Positions 1 to 9,432 of a DNA stretch of 64,000 nt are shown in pieces (the stretch's first letter is position 1; each line of letters begins with the position of its first letter). Both the position numbers and the translations under genes were made by a program. The notes under the pieces were generated by a model. The model did no database searches and was not told the origin of the DNA. It saw only the letters and a program-made list of their open reading frames with translations. This DNA is from an uncultured Gammaproteobacteria bacterium (GTDB lineage Bacteria > Patescibacteriota > Microgenomatia > Daviesbacterales > UBA10151), in NCBI GenBank assembly GCA_964405655.1, contig CAYOOO010000004.1, positions 9,013 to 73,012 on the forward strand, read 5' to 3'.

Positions 1-822
1 TTTCTACCTAATGGGAATATTGCCGTTATTGTTAGAGAGAAGACTCCTCCGGAGATAGCTACAAGAATCCAAGGCGGGGTATCTAATACAGAGTTTAAGG
101 GAGATATTTATTCTGATGCTATCTTAGAGCTTAATAGGCAAAATCAAGTGGTTTGGGAGTGGCATGCAGATGAGTATTTAGATCCTGATCTAGATAAACT
201 TGGTCCTCTAGATACCAGAGACCAATGGACTCATGCTAACTCAGTTGAGTATTTAGAGAAAGATCCTATTTCAGGCCAACAAGCTTATCTAATCAGCCTT
301 AGAGAGATAGATACAGTTATGATTATTGGAAAAAAGGATAAGCAGATCATTTGGAGGTCTCCTAAAGGTATGTTTTCTCATCAGCATGATCCAAGTCTTT
401 TGAAAAACGGTAACATTTTAGTTTTTGATAATGGTCTTTATAGTGAACCTAATCCTAAACCAAGACTTTTTAGTAGAGTTGTTGAGGTTGATCCTAAGAC
501 CAACCAGATAGTTTGGCAATTTGATGGCGGTACTGGAAATCAAAAGGTCTTATTTTTCTCTGCAGTAGCTGGTGGAGCTCAAAAACTACCTAGCGGTAAT
601 ATCCTGATTACAGAAAGCACTAAAGGAAGGTTGCTTGAGATTACTCCAGATAAAAAACTGGTATGGGATTTTATTAATCCTTATACAGCTATTTCTTATG
701 GTAGCGTTGAAAACAATTTGTTATTTAAAGCTAGAAGATACTCAGTTGATGAGATCAACTGGCCTGAAAAATTGAGCCCACCTATATCTACGAAAGCGAA
801 GTTCTGCGAATCTATCAGATGA
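1..822 (+). CDS. Arylsulfotransferase (ASST)-like beta-propeller protein, 5' truncated by window edge
   Basis: Frame 1 is open from base 1 (FLPNGNIAVIVRE...). Motifs DQWTHANSVEY, YLISLRE, FSHQHDP, NILVFDNG and GGAQKLPSGNILITE are typical of aryl-sulfate sulfotransferases. Confidence 0.8.
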   Translation, partial: FLPNGNIAVIVREKTPPEIATRIQGGVSNTEFKGDIYSDAILELNRQNQVVWEWHADEYLDPDLDKLGPLDTRDQWTHANSVEYLEKDPISGQQAYLISLREIDTVMIIGKKDKQIIWRSPKGMFSHQHDPSLLKNGNILVFDNGLYSEPNPKPRLFSRVVEVDPKTNQIVWQFDGGTGNQKVLFFSAVAGGAQKLPSGNILITESTKGRLLEITPDKKLVWDFINPYTAISYGSVENNLLFKARRYSVDEINWPEKLSPPISTKAKFCESIR

Positions 823-2324
823 AGCGGCGATTTTCTTGGGAATTTTTAATCTTTATATTAGTATTTATCATTTACTCTCTTTCTAATATAGGTGGTTTAA
901 ACAGTGGAGATCAGGAAAACTATGCTCTAACTAAAGCTTTAGTTGAGAAACAAACTGTTTTTATTGATGATTTTAAACAGTTTACCTTCGACAGAGATTA
1001 TGCTGTTACACCCAGCGGTCACTTAGCAACTAATCGGGCTCCAGGCTTAAGTTTACTTGCCACTCCCTTTTATCTTATAGGAAAGTTACTGGAAAACTAT
1101 TCTTTTCTCCCCTACCTAGGTCTTAACCGAGGAATAAACCAAGAGAGTATTCTACAAACATGGACCTATACATCAGCGATCTTTTTTGTAGCCAGTAGTT
1201 TAAGTTTGTTATTTTTACTTCTTAAGAAATTATCAACTCCAAACTGGTTATCGATTATTACTGTATTTAGTCTAGCCTTTGCTACATTAAACTGGAAATA
1301 TTCAGTATCTTTTTACAGACATCCGCTCATTGGAATGAGTCTTTGTTTAGCAAATTTACTAATTTTATTTTTTTACTCATATAAAACTAAAAGAAATTTT
1401 TTTCTTGCTCTAGCGGCAGTTTTTTTAGGTATTAGTTTAATCGGTGACTACCTAAGTTTAATACCAATATCTTTAATAAGTATTTTATTAGTAACTCTTG
1501 AGCGGAAAGTTTCAACTTTAAAATTTTATTTCTTAGCTTTAATTCCATTTTTGGTTATTGCTATGTTTTATAATTCAGTTACTTTTGGCAAACCACTAGT
1601 TGATCCTCATCAATATTCAGGCTACTTTAGATTTGAAACTAAAATTGAGGACAACTTCAAAACCCCTCTTTTATGGGGAGTTTATTTAAACCTCTTTAGC
1701 TTTGGTCGGATTCCACCTCAAGCTATCAATTGGGCGCTTAATAATAAAGAAGTCTACAACAAATACAAAACTTATGAAGCAACTATAGTCCCATTTAAAG
1801 GAATTTTTGTTCAGACTCCGATACTTTTCTTCGCTGTTTGGGGATGGTTTGTTTTTTTTCAAAGCCAAAAAAAGAGGGGTTTGAAAAAAACCTACATTTT
1901 ATTTCCTTTACTTACCTTCCTAAGCTTATTTATTATATTTTCTACTTACACACTATTTTGGGCACCAACTATGTATGATACTAGACATCTTTTAGTCTTA
2001 GTTCCAATCTTACTGTTGGGGTTAATCTTCCTAAAAGATTCTTTAAATAATAGATATATAAGGCTACTATTTATCTTAGCTTTAGTTATTTCAGTTTATT
2101 TTGCGTTTGAGAGTCAAATTAGCAATTTTTCTCCTAACTATACTGGTCGCTATAGATATGATATTTCTCAACTGATAGAACACATCTCTCAAGGAAAAAT
2201 ATCTTTTGCTCTTTTAAATATATTCCCCAATATCTTTAATCTTCCTATGTTGCTTTTGGTTGGTTCTTTTCTTTACCTAGCCCTAGTTAGACCCTTGATA
2301 AATTTTTTAAACAGAAAAATTTAA
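819..2324 (+). CDS. Polytopic GT-C fold membrane glycosyltransferase-like protein
   Basis: About 11-12 hydrophobic segments; acidic first loop (SGDQENY..., IDDF) and a late 'DTRHLL' motif; ATGA overlap with the upstream gene. Confidence 0.65.
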   Translation: MKRRFSWEFLIFILVFIIYSLSNIGGLNSGDQENYALTKALVEKQTVFIDDFKQFTFDRDYAVTPSGHLATNRAPGLSLLATPFYLIGKLLENYSFLPYLGLNRGINQESILQTWTYTSAIFFVASSLSLLFLLLKKLSTPNWLSIITVFSLAFATLNWKYSVSFYRHPLIGMSLCLANLLILFFYSYKTKRNFFLALAAVFLGISLIGDYLSLIPISLISILLVTLERKVSTLKFYFLALIPFLVIAMFYNSVTFGKPLVDPHQYSGYFRFETKIEDNFKTPLLWGVYLNLFSFGRIPPQAINWALNNKEVYNKYKTYEATIVPFKGIFVQTPILFFAVWGWFVFFQSQKKRGLKKTYILFPLLTFLSLFIIFSTYTLFWAPTMYDTRHLLVLVPILLLGLIFLKDSLNNRYIRLLFILALVISVYFAFESQISNFSPNYTGRYRYDISQLIEHISQGKISFALLNIFPNIFNLPMLLLVGSFLYLALVRPLINFLNRKI

Positions 2325-2331
2325 GCTGCGA

Positions 2332-2360
2332 TTGACAAATAGTTAAATTTTCATTATCTT
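2332..2360 (+). promoter_or_regulatory. Sigma70-type promoter
   Basis: TTGACA-17 nt-TATCTT, ending 11 nt before the ATG at 2372. Confidence 0.7.
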
Positions 2361-2371
2361 ATCAAACCACT

Positions 2372-3736
2372 ATGTCTTTAGTTGAAGCACAAGCAATCAC
2401 AGAATCTTTACAAACCAGTCAACCAACCCATCTAAATAGAAGAGGATTCTTAAGACAAGCTTTATATGCCACAAAACTTTTAGGGCTGGGTACTTTAGCG
2501 GCTGCTTGCTCGCCGCTGGAAAGATTAACAGCACCTGCTCAGAAAACTCCCAGAGAATTAAAAATACTGATGACTACTGCTACAATTCCTGGAGTTAACG
2601 AATGGATTGAAATTTGGTCTAAAAGATGGGGTTTAGATAACAAGATTGTGGTAGATTTTGTCTGGATGGGTCCATCACAGATGCAAGATGGAATTAAAGT
2701 TGATGGAGTAAGAAAAGAATTTGACATAGTTACTCCAACCAGAGCAGGCTATGCTTATAGGTTCGGTGAACAATTTGCAGATTTAGATCAACTGGCAGAT
2801 GAGTTGGGAAATAAGTTTGGGGGATGGATAGACCAAGCACCAAATATCGCCCAGGTTAATGGCCGATGGAAGGTAATTCCTCTTTACTACTCTCCTTGGG
2901 CAGTACTTTTTAAAAAAGATTTGTTCGGCAAAGTAGGAGCTTCACCAGATACAACCTGGGAAAGTTTAATCAGTGCAGGTAAATTACTAAAAGATACGGG
3001 CCTGCCACAAGTTGGCATCCCAACCAGTGCCAATTCAAATGATGCTAATATCAGCTGGAATTCTTTTCTTCTTGCATATGGCGCAAGCTTTATCTCTCAG
3101 GACGGGAAAACCGTCACAATTAACTCCGAGCAAACCAGACAGGCCTTAACAGCAGGGATCGAGTTGATCGACTGCTTACCGTTTAATGCTTCGCTTTGGA
3201 ACGATGATGCCAACAATCTGCTCTTTGTTAAAGGAGATTTGGCCTGGATACATAACACTATTGGTTTATTTAGAGCTTTGCAAAAAAACACTCCTGAGGA
3301 AGCTAAGAAAATTGGTGTAGCTCTACCTCCTCAGGGACCAGCTGGCAGATTTACCTCAGCCTCAGCAATCCAATTTGCTGTAGAAAAGGCTGCTAAGCAA
3401 CCTGAAGCGGCCAGAGCCTTTATTAGAGATTTTACTTCGGGTTTTGGACCTATTTTTGAAGTCAGCCAAGGCAATATCTTACCATTTTTAAAAGGAATGT
3501 ATAATCAGCCTCTAGATTTTATTAGGTCAGACCCTGCTATTTCCTCTTTACTAGGCATAGAGCAATATTTGTTTTTCCCAGGCTATCCAGGGCCAACCAA
3601 TATTGCTGCAGCTGAAGTAGAAGGTTACTCAGTTATCCCCAAAATGTTCCAAACTGCTTATGAGACTCAAGATATTGAAAAAGCAATTGCAGCAGCTGAA
3701 AAAGAGTTAAGAGCTATTTATGCTAAAGTTAGATAA
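2372..3736 (+). CDS. ABC-type sugar solute-binding lipoprotein with twin-arginine-like signal
   Basis: NRRGFL twin-Arg motif, LAAAC lipobox; SBP family 1-like body (FKKDLFGKVG..PDTTWE, PPQGPAG). Confidence 0.8.
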   Translation: MSLVEAQAITESLQTSQPTHLNRRGFLRQALYATKLLGLGTLAAACSPLERLTAPAQKTPRELKILMTTATIPGVNEWIEIWSKRWGLDNKIVVDFVWMGPSQMQDGIKVDGVRKEFDIVTPTRAGYAYRFGEQFADLDQLADELGNKFGGWIDQAPNIAQVNGRWKVIPLYYSPWAVLFKKDLFGKVGASPDTTWESLISAGKLLKDTGLPQVGIPTSANSNDANISWNSFLLAYGASFISQDGKTVTINSEQTRQALTAGIELIDCLPFNASLWNDDANNLLFVKGDLAWIHNTIGLFRALQKNTPEEAKKIGVALPPQGPAGRFTSASAIQFAVEKAAKQPEAARAFIRDFTSGFGPIFEVSQGNILPFLKGMYNQPLDFIRSDPAISSLLGIEQYLFFPGYPGPTNIAAAEVEGYSVIPKMFQTAYETQDIEKAIAAAEKELRAIYAKVR

Positions 3737-3754
3737 AACTAGCAACAAACCTTT

Positions 3755-4735
3755 ATGAAGGTTTTAGTCACAGGTGGAAGAGGTAGGATTAGCAGTGGCA
3801 TAATCAAAAGACTGTCAGAAACTCGAAATTATCAGATCTATGCAACTTCCCGCCCTTCTTCTCCACCTCCTAACAAGCAGTGGAGTAAGTATGCCAGGTT
3901 TCTAAGGGTTGATTTAACAAATCAGATTCAGACTGAAAAGTTATTTAAGCTTAAGTTTGATGCAGTTGTTCATCTAGCAGGCTTGGTTAAAACAGTAGAT
4001 TATTTCCAAGACAAACCAGCAACAGTTCTTTTAAACAATCTTAAAATTGATACCAATGTTTTTAGTCAAATTCAAAAAGCTAAAGTAAAAAGGATTATCT
4101 TCCTATCTACTATTAATTTGTTTCACCCATTAAAGATTAAATATTTTAAAGGAGGAGAGATCAAAAAGATTCCAGTACCTGAAGATGGTTATGATTTTTC
4201 AAAACTGACTGGTGAAATCCTCTGTAAGACAGTTGCCAAAGAACTTGGAATAGAATATGTGATTTTGCGGCCAATGGGTCACCTGTATGGCCCTAGCTAT
4301 CCACCTGAAACTAAAAATCCCCCCATAGAAGAGATTAGGAAATCTCAGATAACTTATCTGATTCACCAGATGCTTAAAGGTAAGTCTCCTCTTGAGGCTA
4401 AGGGTAATCCTGACCAAAAAAGGACTTGGGTACATATTTATGATTTAGCAGATGCAGTTACTTTAGCTTTAGAGAAAAAATCTGCTAAAAATGGGGATTT
4501 TTACATTGGCTCAAATGAATCTGTTTCCCTAAGAGAGATTGCCAAGAAACTTTATAAGATTATTTTTCTAAATCAAAAGAGACAGGTTGAGTTTGGCAGA
4601 AGCACTTACTTTAGAACAGTTAATTTTAAAGTTGATTATTTATACACAAAAAGAGTTTTGGGCTGGGAGGCAAAATATAATGTTAAAAATTCACTTCCAG
4701 AGTTAGTTGAATGGATAAGAAAATATTTTATTTAA
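3755..4735 (+). CDS. NAD-dependent epimerase/dehydratase (extended SDR)
   Basis: VLVTGGRGRIS Rossmann motif, VVHLAG, YDFSK (YxxxK), RTWVHIYDLA. Confidence 0.85.
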   Translation: MKVLVTGGRGRISSGIIKRLSETRNYQIYATSRPSSPPPNKQWSKYARFLRVDLTNQIQTEKLFKLKFDAVVHLAGLVKTVDYFQDKPATVLLNNLKIDTNVFSQIQKAKVKRIIFLSTINLFHPLKIKYFKGGEIKKIPVPEDGYDFSKLTGEILCKTVAKELGIEYVILRPMGHLYGPSYPPETKNPPIEEIRKSQITYLIHQMLKGKSPLEAKGNPDQKRTWVHIYDLADAVTLALEKKSAKNGDFYIGSNESVSLREIAKKLYKIIFLNQKRQVEFGRSTYFRTVNFKVDYLYTKRVLGWEAKYNVKNSLPELVEWIRKYFI

Positions 4736-5993
4736 TATGACTAATTATCAGGCTATCTTTACCTTCTGAAGCGATCAAATTTTTATCAACAAAACTGATT
4801 TTTAGTGGTAAAAAAATTCCCTCTTCCACTAGTTTTGATAAATTAACAGTTGGAGAAAGAAAGAGCGAATCTGAAACTATTTTTTGTATTTGTTTTTTTA
4901 GCACCTCTTTATCCTTTTTAGATAAAAATCTTACCTTGGAAATTAACTTAAGCTCAAGCAGTGGCAGGATTTTATTTTGATGGACAAGCTCAAAAACATG
5001 AAGTTGAAAGTCAGGCTCTATTAAACTCTTTAGCTTTAAAAGAGCTTGCTCGAGCAACTTCGGATGAATGACACCACCTGATAATTTAACAAAATCCCTG
5101 GCTATTCTTCCTAAAAACTCAAATATTAGATCCTGTCCGCAAGGACATCTTTCTAAAAAAAGAGTTGCCTGGCTGCCTGTTCTATATCTGATCAGAGGAA
5201 AGGCACTTTTTTTCAAAGTTGTCAAAACCAGTTCCCCCTCTACTACCTCTGGGTAAAAACTTGGGAAAAAATGATAATACCTGGCAGGTCTTTTTGAGAG
5301 AAACTTGCAGCGGTAACCAAATGTGTTGGTTTCGGCAGCTCCACAATAAAAATTAAAATAAGCATTTGGGAAATTTTTTTTAAAATAGGCTAATCTGAGC
5401 TCTGAAGTGTACTCGCCAGTCAGAGTTATAAAGCTAATTTTTGCTAGGTTATAACTAGATTTGAGATGTGGGGTAAAAAAATAAAGCAAGCTGGGAGATG
5501 TCTCAATCCCATCTATCTTAGCTACTGAAGCAATCCTAGCAGACAAACTTAAATTATTAATATCTCCAATGGTTTTTAGCGGTGGTTTTAAAATAGCCTC
5601 TTTATAAACATACCATCTCAGTTGAAGTTGGTAAGGATTTAGTAGATAAAGCAGATTTTTAATCTTGCTATATCTTAGAATATCTAGGTGAATCTTCCGG
5701 GTAATAGAATCAGCTTCATCAAGAAAAACTACTAAAGGGCTATTGGTAGTTGTACCTGAGCTAATTTTAACAATCTGGATTTTATCAGCTGGCACAAATA
5801 GCCTTTCAAAAGGGCTTGACTTATCAATTTCCTCTCTTAAAAGATATGGTAGCTGTCTGAACTCTTCTAATTTAAGCTTTGAAAGGTTTGATGGGAGTAT
5901 ATGTTTTTGGTATTTGAGTCTATAGAAGCTGGAGTATTTGTTATTTAAAGCAAATTCCAAAACACTTTTTAGCTTAGTGAGTTGGGTTATCAT
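4728..5993 (-). CDS. Phenylacetate-CoA ligase (PaaK/F390 synthetase)-like adenylate-forming enzyme
   Basis: SSGTT P-loop, TGE, CGAAET, GELVLTTL...FPLIRYRTG, CPCG...LGR motifs. Confidence 0.75.
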   Translation of the reverse strand: MITQLTKLKSVLEFALNNKYSSFYRLKYQKHILPSNLSKLKLEEFRQLPYLLREEIDKSSPFERLFVPADKIQIVKISSGTTTNSPLVVFLDEADSITRKIHLDILRYSKIKNLLYLLNPYQLQLRWYVYKEAILKPPLKTIGDINNLSLSARIASVAKIDGIETSPSLLYFFTPHLKSSYNLAKISFITLTGEYTSELRLAYFKKNFPNAYFNFYCGAAETNTFGYRCKFLSKRPARYYHFFPSFYPEVVEGELVLTTLKKSAFPLIRYRTGSQATLFLERCPCGQDLIFEFLGRIARDFVKLSGGVIHPKLLEQALLKLKSLIEPDFQLHVFELVHQNKILPLLELKLISKVRFLSKKDKEVLKKQIQKIVSDSLFLSPTVNLSKLVEEGIFLPLKISFVDKNLIASEGKDSLIISHIK

Positions 5994-7699
5994 AATTTTT
6001 TAAGATAAAGATCATAGATCATTAGTTCCTGTCTTGGATACCATGTTTTAATGTCGCTATCCGAATATTTATTTTTGGCCTGGCTGTATTCCATGTAGTT
6101 ACTCTCTTCAGATACAGCATTCTTAACCAGCCTTTTATCCATATATTCTGGTAGATTCTTCTCTTTCCAGACAAAAGGAGAAAAAGACAGATAAGTTAGG
6201 CTGTAAGCTGATCTTAATCCATAGATATAATAACTGTCATAGTGGTAATCACCAGTCACTCCCCTCAGTCCCATGCTTAGAAAGTCATGGTTTAAATTAT
6301 TCAAAAGAGAACTGAGATTGGTTATCTTTCCTTTTATTAGAAGATGCATCTTCAGAAACTTATCTGCTTGGTCTGCTAAATTAGTACCATAACTATTTAA
6401 AATTTTATAAGTAGCTAAGTAATAAGAGGTTAATGCTTCCAAATTGTCTTCGTTGGGATAGTTATAGAAGTTCTCTTCTACCTCTAGACCTTTATTGATT
6501 AACTCACTTAACTTCTGAGTCTTCTTAAAATCAAGATTTTTAAGCTGTTTAAATAGCATTGGTTTTTCCTTGACAACCCGATCAATAGTTGCCAGGATAG
6601 TTTGATAACTTAAATCAGGACACATATAAGTATTTGTTTCTGTTTGGTGTTGCCAAGATAGTCCTTGATCAATAAGCAGCTTATCAGCAGGAACTTGTAA
6701 ATTAAGTCTTCTATAAAAGCTTAAGTTAATTAGTTTAGGCTGTTCAGCTTCCTGAATTTTTTCAATCGGTAGTCTATTATTTAAATTTGTAATATACAAA
6801 AAATTCATCTTTTTGGAAAAGCTGTCTCCAAACCCCCAACAGGCTGACTTTACTCCATAAGGGCCTTTTAAGGTAAAAATTTTAAATTCAGGACCGAATA
6901 ATATATCTGGGGGTAAGGCTGTAGGTGGAGTAAGTTTTGAAAGTCTTAGATCAGCCACTGAACCAAATTGCTTGGAAGGGACTCTACAGCCTCTTTTACC
7001 TTTTAGACAATCCTCTCTTCTGTTTATCTCCTGACTTAAAGCTTGGACATTTTTTTTGATGGTCTCTAAATCTTTCTTGACAGTTTGAGGAGTTAGAGCA
7101 ATATTTATAAAAACATAAGGTCTTTCTAAATATTTTTCTTTAGGAGCTTGGTCTATTGACTCTGATAGTTTGTCGATTGATTGTTGGTATTTTAAAATGG
7201 TTTTTTTATAATAATCTACTAGATCCTTAGCTGATTGATCTGATGGATTTTCTAAAAAAAGATTGGTCTGACGGCCTACATTAACAACTTCGAGTAAAAA
7301 ATCTGTAGGAAAAACTTTTTCCCTTAATAGATTTTCTTTTAGGACAAAATTTTGAGTCTGATCTAAAGAGCGGATAGATTCTTCAAGTTTTTTCAGTTCA
7401 TTGTCATCAATGGTTGGAATAAAAAGCGGGTCTTCTTTTATTAAGATATAAAATGAAGCTAAATTTATGACTTTAAGGTAGTTTTTGTCAAAAGAGCTAA
7501 CCCGTCCTTTTTCCAAACTGTATTGCCTATCCCCAATTTTAAGTGAGCTAATATTTAAATCTCTCAGGCTGTAAAGGTTACTAAGAAAGTGTAACAGCAG
7601 AAGCGAGAAGATAACTAAGCCTAATATAAGGATCTTAACAATTATCTTCTTTATGCCAATTTGAGATAATTTGTCATTACTACTGGAAGTATTTTCCAT
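5990..7699 (-). CDS. Hypothetical single-pass membrane-anchored extracellular protein
   Basis: 569-aa ORF; N-terminal TM helix, coiled-coil-like segment, Cys pair (CLKGKRGC); ATGA overlap with the next gene. Confidence 0.7.
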   Translation of the reverse strand: MENTSSSNDKLSQIGIKKIIVKILILGLVIFSLLLLHFLSNLYSLRDLNISSLKIGDRQYSLEKGRVSSFDKNYLKVINLASFYILIKEDPLFIPTIDDNELKKLEESIRSLDQTQNFVLKENLLREKVFPTDFLLEVVNVGRQTNLFLENPSDQSAKDLVDYYKKTILKYQQSIDKLSESIDQAPKEKYLERPYVFINIALTPQTVKKDLETIKKNVQALSQEINRREDCLKGKRGCRVPSKQFGSVADLRLSKLTPPTALPPDILFGPEFKIFTLKGPYGVKSACWGFGDSFSKKMNFLYITNLNNRLPIEKIQEAEQPKLINLSFYRRLNLQVPADKLLIDQGLSWQHQTETNTYMCPDLSYQTILATIDRVVKEKPMLFKQLKNLDFKKTQKLSELINKGLEVEENFYNYPNEDNLEALTSYYLATYKILNSYGTNLADQADKFLKMHLLIKGKITNLSSLLNNLNHDFLSMGLRGVTGDYHYDSYYIYGLRSAYSLTYLSFSPFVWKEKNLPEYMDKRLVKNAVSEESNYMEYSQAKNKYSDSDIKTWYPRQELMIYDLYLKKL

Positions 7700-7711
7700 T
7701 AAAGCTGGTGA

Positions 7712-7978
7712 TCAGAAGATTACTGCACAACCAGCAAAAAGGCAAGAGTTCTCATTGTCTTCCTGCAAAGCAGAGGAAAGTAGCGAGCTATCTTTTTTAA
7801 CTTCTTTAGGAGTCAAGCTGCAGTCAATGGCTTCATCTGCGCTTTTACTGCTTTGGTCAGACAATTTTAGAGGATCACTAGATTTATTGATAGAATAGAA
7901 ACCTAACCAACCTATTAAGCCTAGCCAAAACAGGAAAAATAATTTTATCGCTATGGATTGATCTTTCATCCTACCCAT
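7712..7978 (-). CDS. Small membrane-anchored protein with C-terminal CLFAGC motif
   Basis: One TM helix; ATG at 7978 preferred over the track's TTG at 8005 because a TATACT -10 occupies 8005-8010. Confidence 0.6.
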   Translation of the reverse strand: MGRMKDQSIAIKLFFLFWLGLIGWLGFYSINKSSDPLKLSDQSSKSADEAIDCSLTPKEVKKDSSLLSSALQEDNENSCLFAGCAVIF

Positions 7979-8026
7979 TTTAAAATCACTAAAATTAAAT
8001 ATCAAGTATATTATTCTGATAATTAG

Positions 8027-8097
8027 TGGACCTGCCGGGAATTGAACCCGGACCCCAGCAATGCGAATGCTGTGTTGTGCCGTTCAACTACAGGCCC
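8027..8097 (-). tRNA. tRNA-Ala(CGC)
   Basis: GGGCCTGTAGTTGAACGGCACAACACAGCATTCGCATTGCTGGGGTCCGGGTTCAATTCCCGGCAGGTCCA folds as a cloverleaf; G3:U70 Ala identity pair; anticodon CGC; CCA not encoded. Confidence 0.95.
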
Positions 8098-8183
8098 ATC
8101 GCAGGAAACTTCAATACTGGTAGTTGCGTAGCAACCTATAAAGTTTCCGAGATCGCTTGCTCCGGCGAAGCCGGAGACAAGGG
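8098..8183. other. Two-hairpin structured spacer between CDS and tRNA
   Basis: CTCCGGC-GAA-GCCGGAG, and GGAAACTT...AAGTTTCC enclosing GTTGC-GTA-GCAAC. Confidence 0.6.
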
Positions 8184-8187
8184 CAGA

Positions 8188-8736
8188 CTAACTGTTATTT
8201 TGATCTTTAGGTAAACTCTTTGTTTCTTGAGTTGAATCAATTTTTTCAGATTGCTGCTTAACCCCAACTACCATATCTACCACCTCTTCTACAATTACTG
8301 TCTCTAGCGCTTTTGATTGAAAAACTAAAGAGTTATTGTTTAGTCCTGATGGGGGTTCCAGCTTCAACTCTACCTCCTCAGCAGAAACCTTTTCAGCTTG
8401 GTTTATCTGATAACCCATGGCCAGATTCTCAGAAGCTTGCATACCAGCTATTTTTTGATCTGGGTAGAAGGCTTGAACTGTTTGAACTCTTTCAATTTGG
8501 TAACCATGGCCCCTATTTAAACCATGAGCTATATCCTGAGGATTCATCCCAGCTTTGTTGTAGGCTTCTAAAGTTACCTGAGTTTGACCAAAATCATGTT
8601 CAGCAATACCTCTAACTATCTTAATATCAACGATCCTATTAACCGGGCTTTGAGGCAAAGCGACATCTCCACCTTGAGCTTCCTCTAACAATTGAGTTGA
8701 ACTAGTAATTTGATTTGGTTGGTCATCATCAGACAT
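8188..8736 (-). CDS. Hypothetical protein
   Basis: 182-aa ORF with a strong SD (AGGAGG) just upstream of ATG; no family recognised. Confidence 0.7.
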   Translation of the reverse strand: MSDDDQPNQITSSTQLLEEAQGGDVALPQSPVNRIVDIKIVRGIAEHDFGQTQVTLEAYNKAGMNPQDIAHGLNRGHGYQIERVQTVQAFYPDQKIAGMQASENLAMGYQINQAEKVSAEEVELKLEPPSGLNNNSLVFQSKALETVIVEEVVDMVVGVKQQSEKIDSTQETKSLPKDQNNS

Positions 8737-8744
8737 AGTCCCTC

Positions 8745-9356
8745 CTATTCTAGAAGAAGAATTTGTTTACCATTTGCTAATAGTCGTAAGTAGGAAGCAT
8801 TGGCAATTTTACCACCTTCTCTTTTAGAACCATAGTCTAGCTTACCAAGATGATAAAGCAAGTTATACATCAATCCTCCATGGCAGGAAACAAGTATATC
8901 CTGATTTAAGTACAAAGGTGCAGTCTGATTAATAAACTCCAAAAGTCTATTCAAGCTGTCTTCTTCACTTTCCATCTCTCCACTCTCTTCTTTAAATTTA
9001 AATTGTTCTTTAGGTGGAAGCTGATTAAAAAAATCATAGAAGGAGAGTTTATCGGTCCCCTGAAACCGACCAAAATGGCGCTCTCTCAAAAGTGGTGTAA
9101 GAGTAAGCGGAAGGACATCACTCTGACCTTCAAGAATTATCTCTGCTGTTTCTCTGGCTCTTTTTAAATCTGAAGAGAAGGCTGCCTTAAAGTCAACAGC
9201 TTGAAGAAGCTGTCCAGTTTTCTTGGCTTGCTCTCTACCTGATTCTGTTAAGGGAGAATCTAACTGACCAGCGATTAGACCGGCTAAGTTAAGTTCGCTT
9301 TCTCCATGTCTGACTATATAGAATCTGCAATAAGAAGCTACGTTTGATTCAACCAC
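8745..9356 (-). CDS. Histidine phosphatase (phosphoglycerate mutase) family protein
   Basis: IVRHGES catalytic motif, SSDLKRARETA, LRERHFG, VSCHGG. Confidence 0.9.
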   Translation of the reverse strand: MVESNVASYCRFYIVRHGESELNLAGLIAGQLDSPLTESGREQAKKTGQLLQAVDFKAAFSSDLKRARETAEIILEGQSDVLPLTLTPLLRERHFGRFQGTDKLSFYDFFNQLPPKEQFKFKEESGEMESEEDSLNRLLEFINQTAPLYLNQDILVSCHGGLMYNLLYHLGKLDYGSKREGGKIANASYLRLLANGKQILLLE

Positions 9357-9360
9357 TGTG

Positions 9361-9432
9361 TGGACCGGAAGAGATTCGAACTCTCAACCCCCTCCATGCC
9401 ATGGAGGTGCGCTACCGTTACGCTACCGGCCC
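9361..9432 (-). tRNA. tRNA-Ala(GGC)
   Basis: GGGCCGGTAGCGTAACGGTAGCGCACCTCCATGGCATGGAGGGGGTTGAGAGTTCGAATCTCTTCCGGTCCA cloverleaf; G3:U70; anticodon GGC; TATAAT 11 nt upstream; CCA not encoded. Confidence 0.95.

Noticed and set aside
8026-8214. 62-aa + strand ORF from the track
   Set aside because: Antisense shadow of tRNA-Ala(CGC) and its spacer.
8098-8736. DGR target gene (GNA-loop hairpin after the stop codon)
   Set aside because: GNA loops are on the non-coding strand; no template/variable repeat pair or reverse transcriptase is visible in the window.
8027-9432. Two tRNA-Ala genes as attL/attR of an integrated element
   Set aside because: Both are full-length isoacceptors sharing only a few 3' bases; no integrase.
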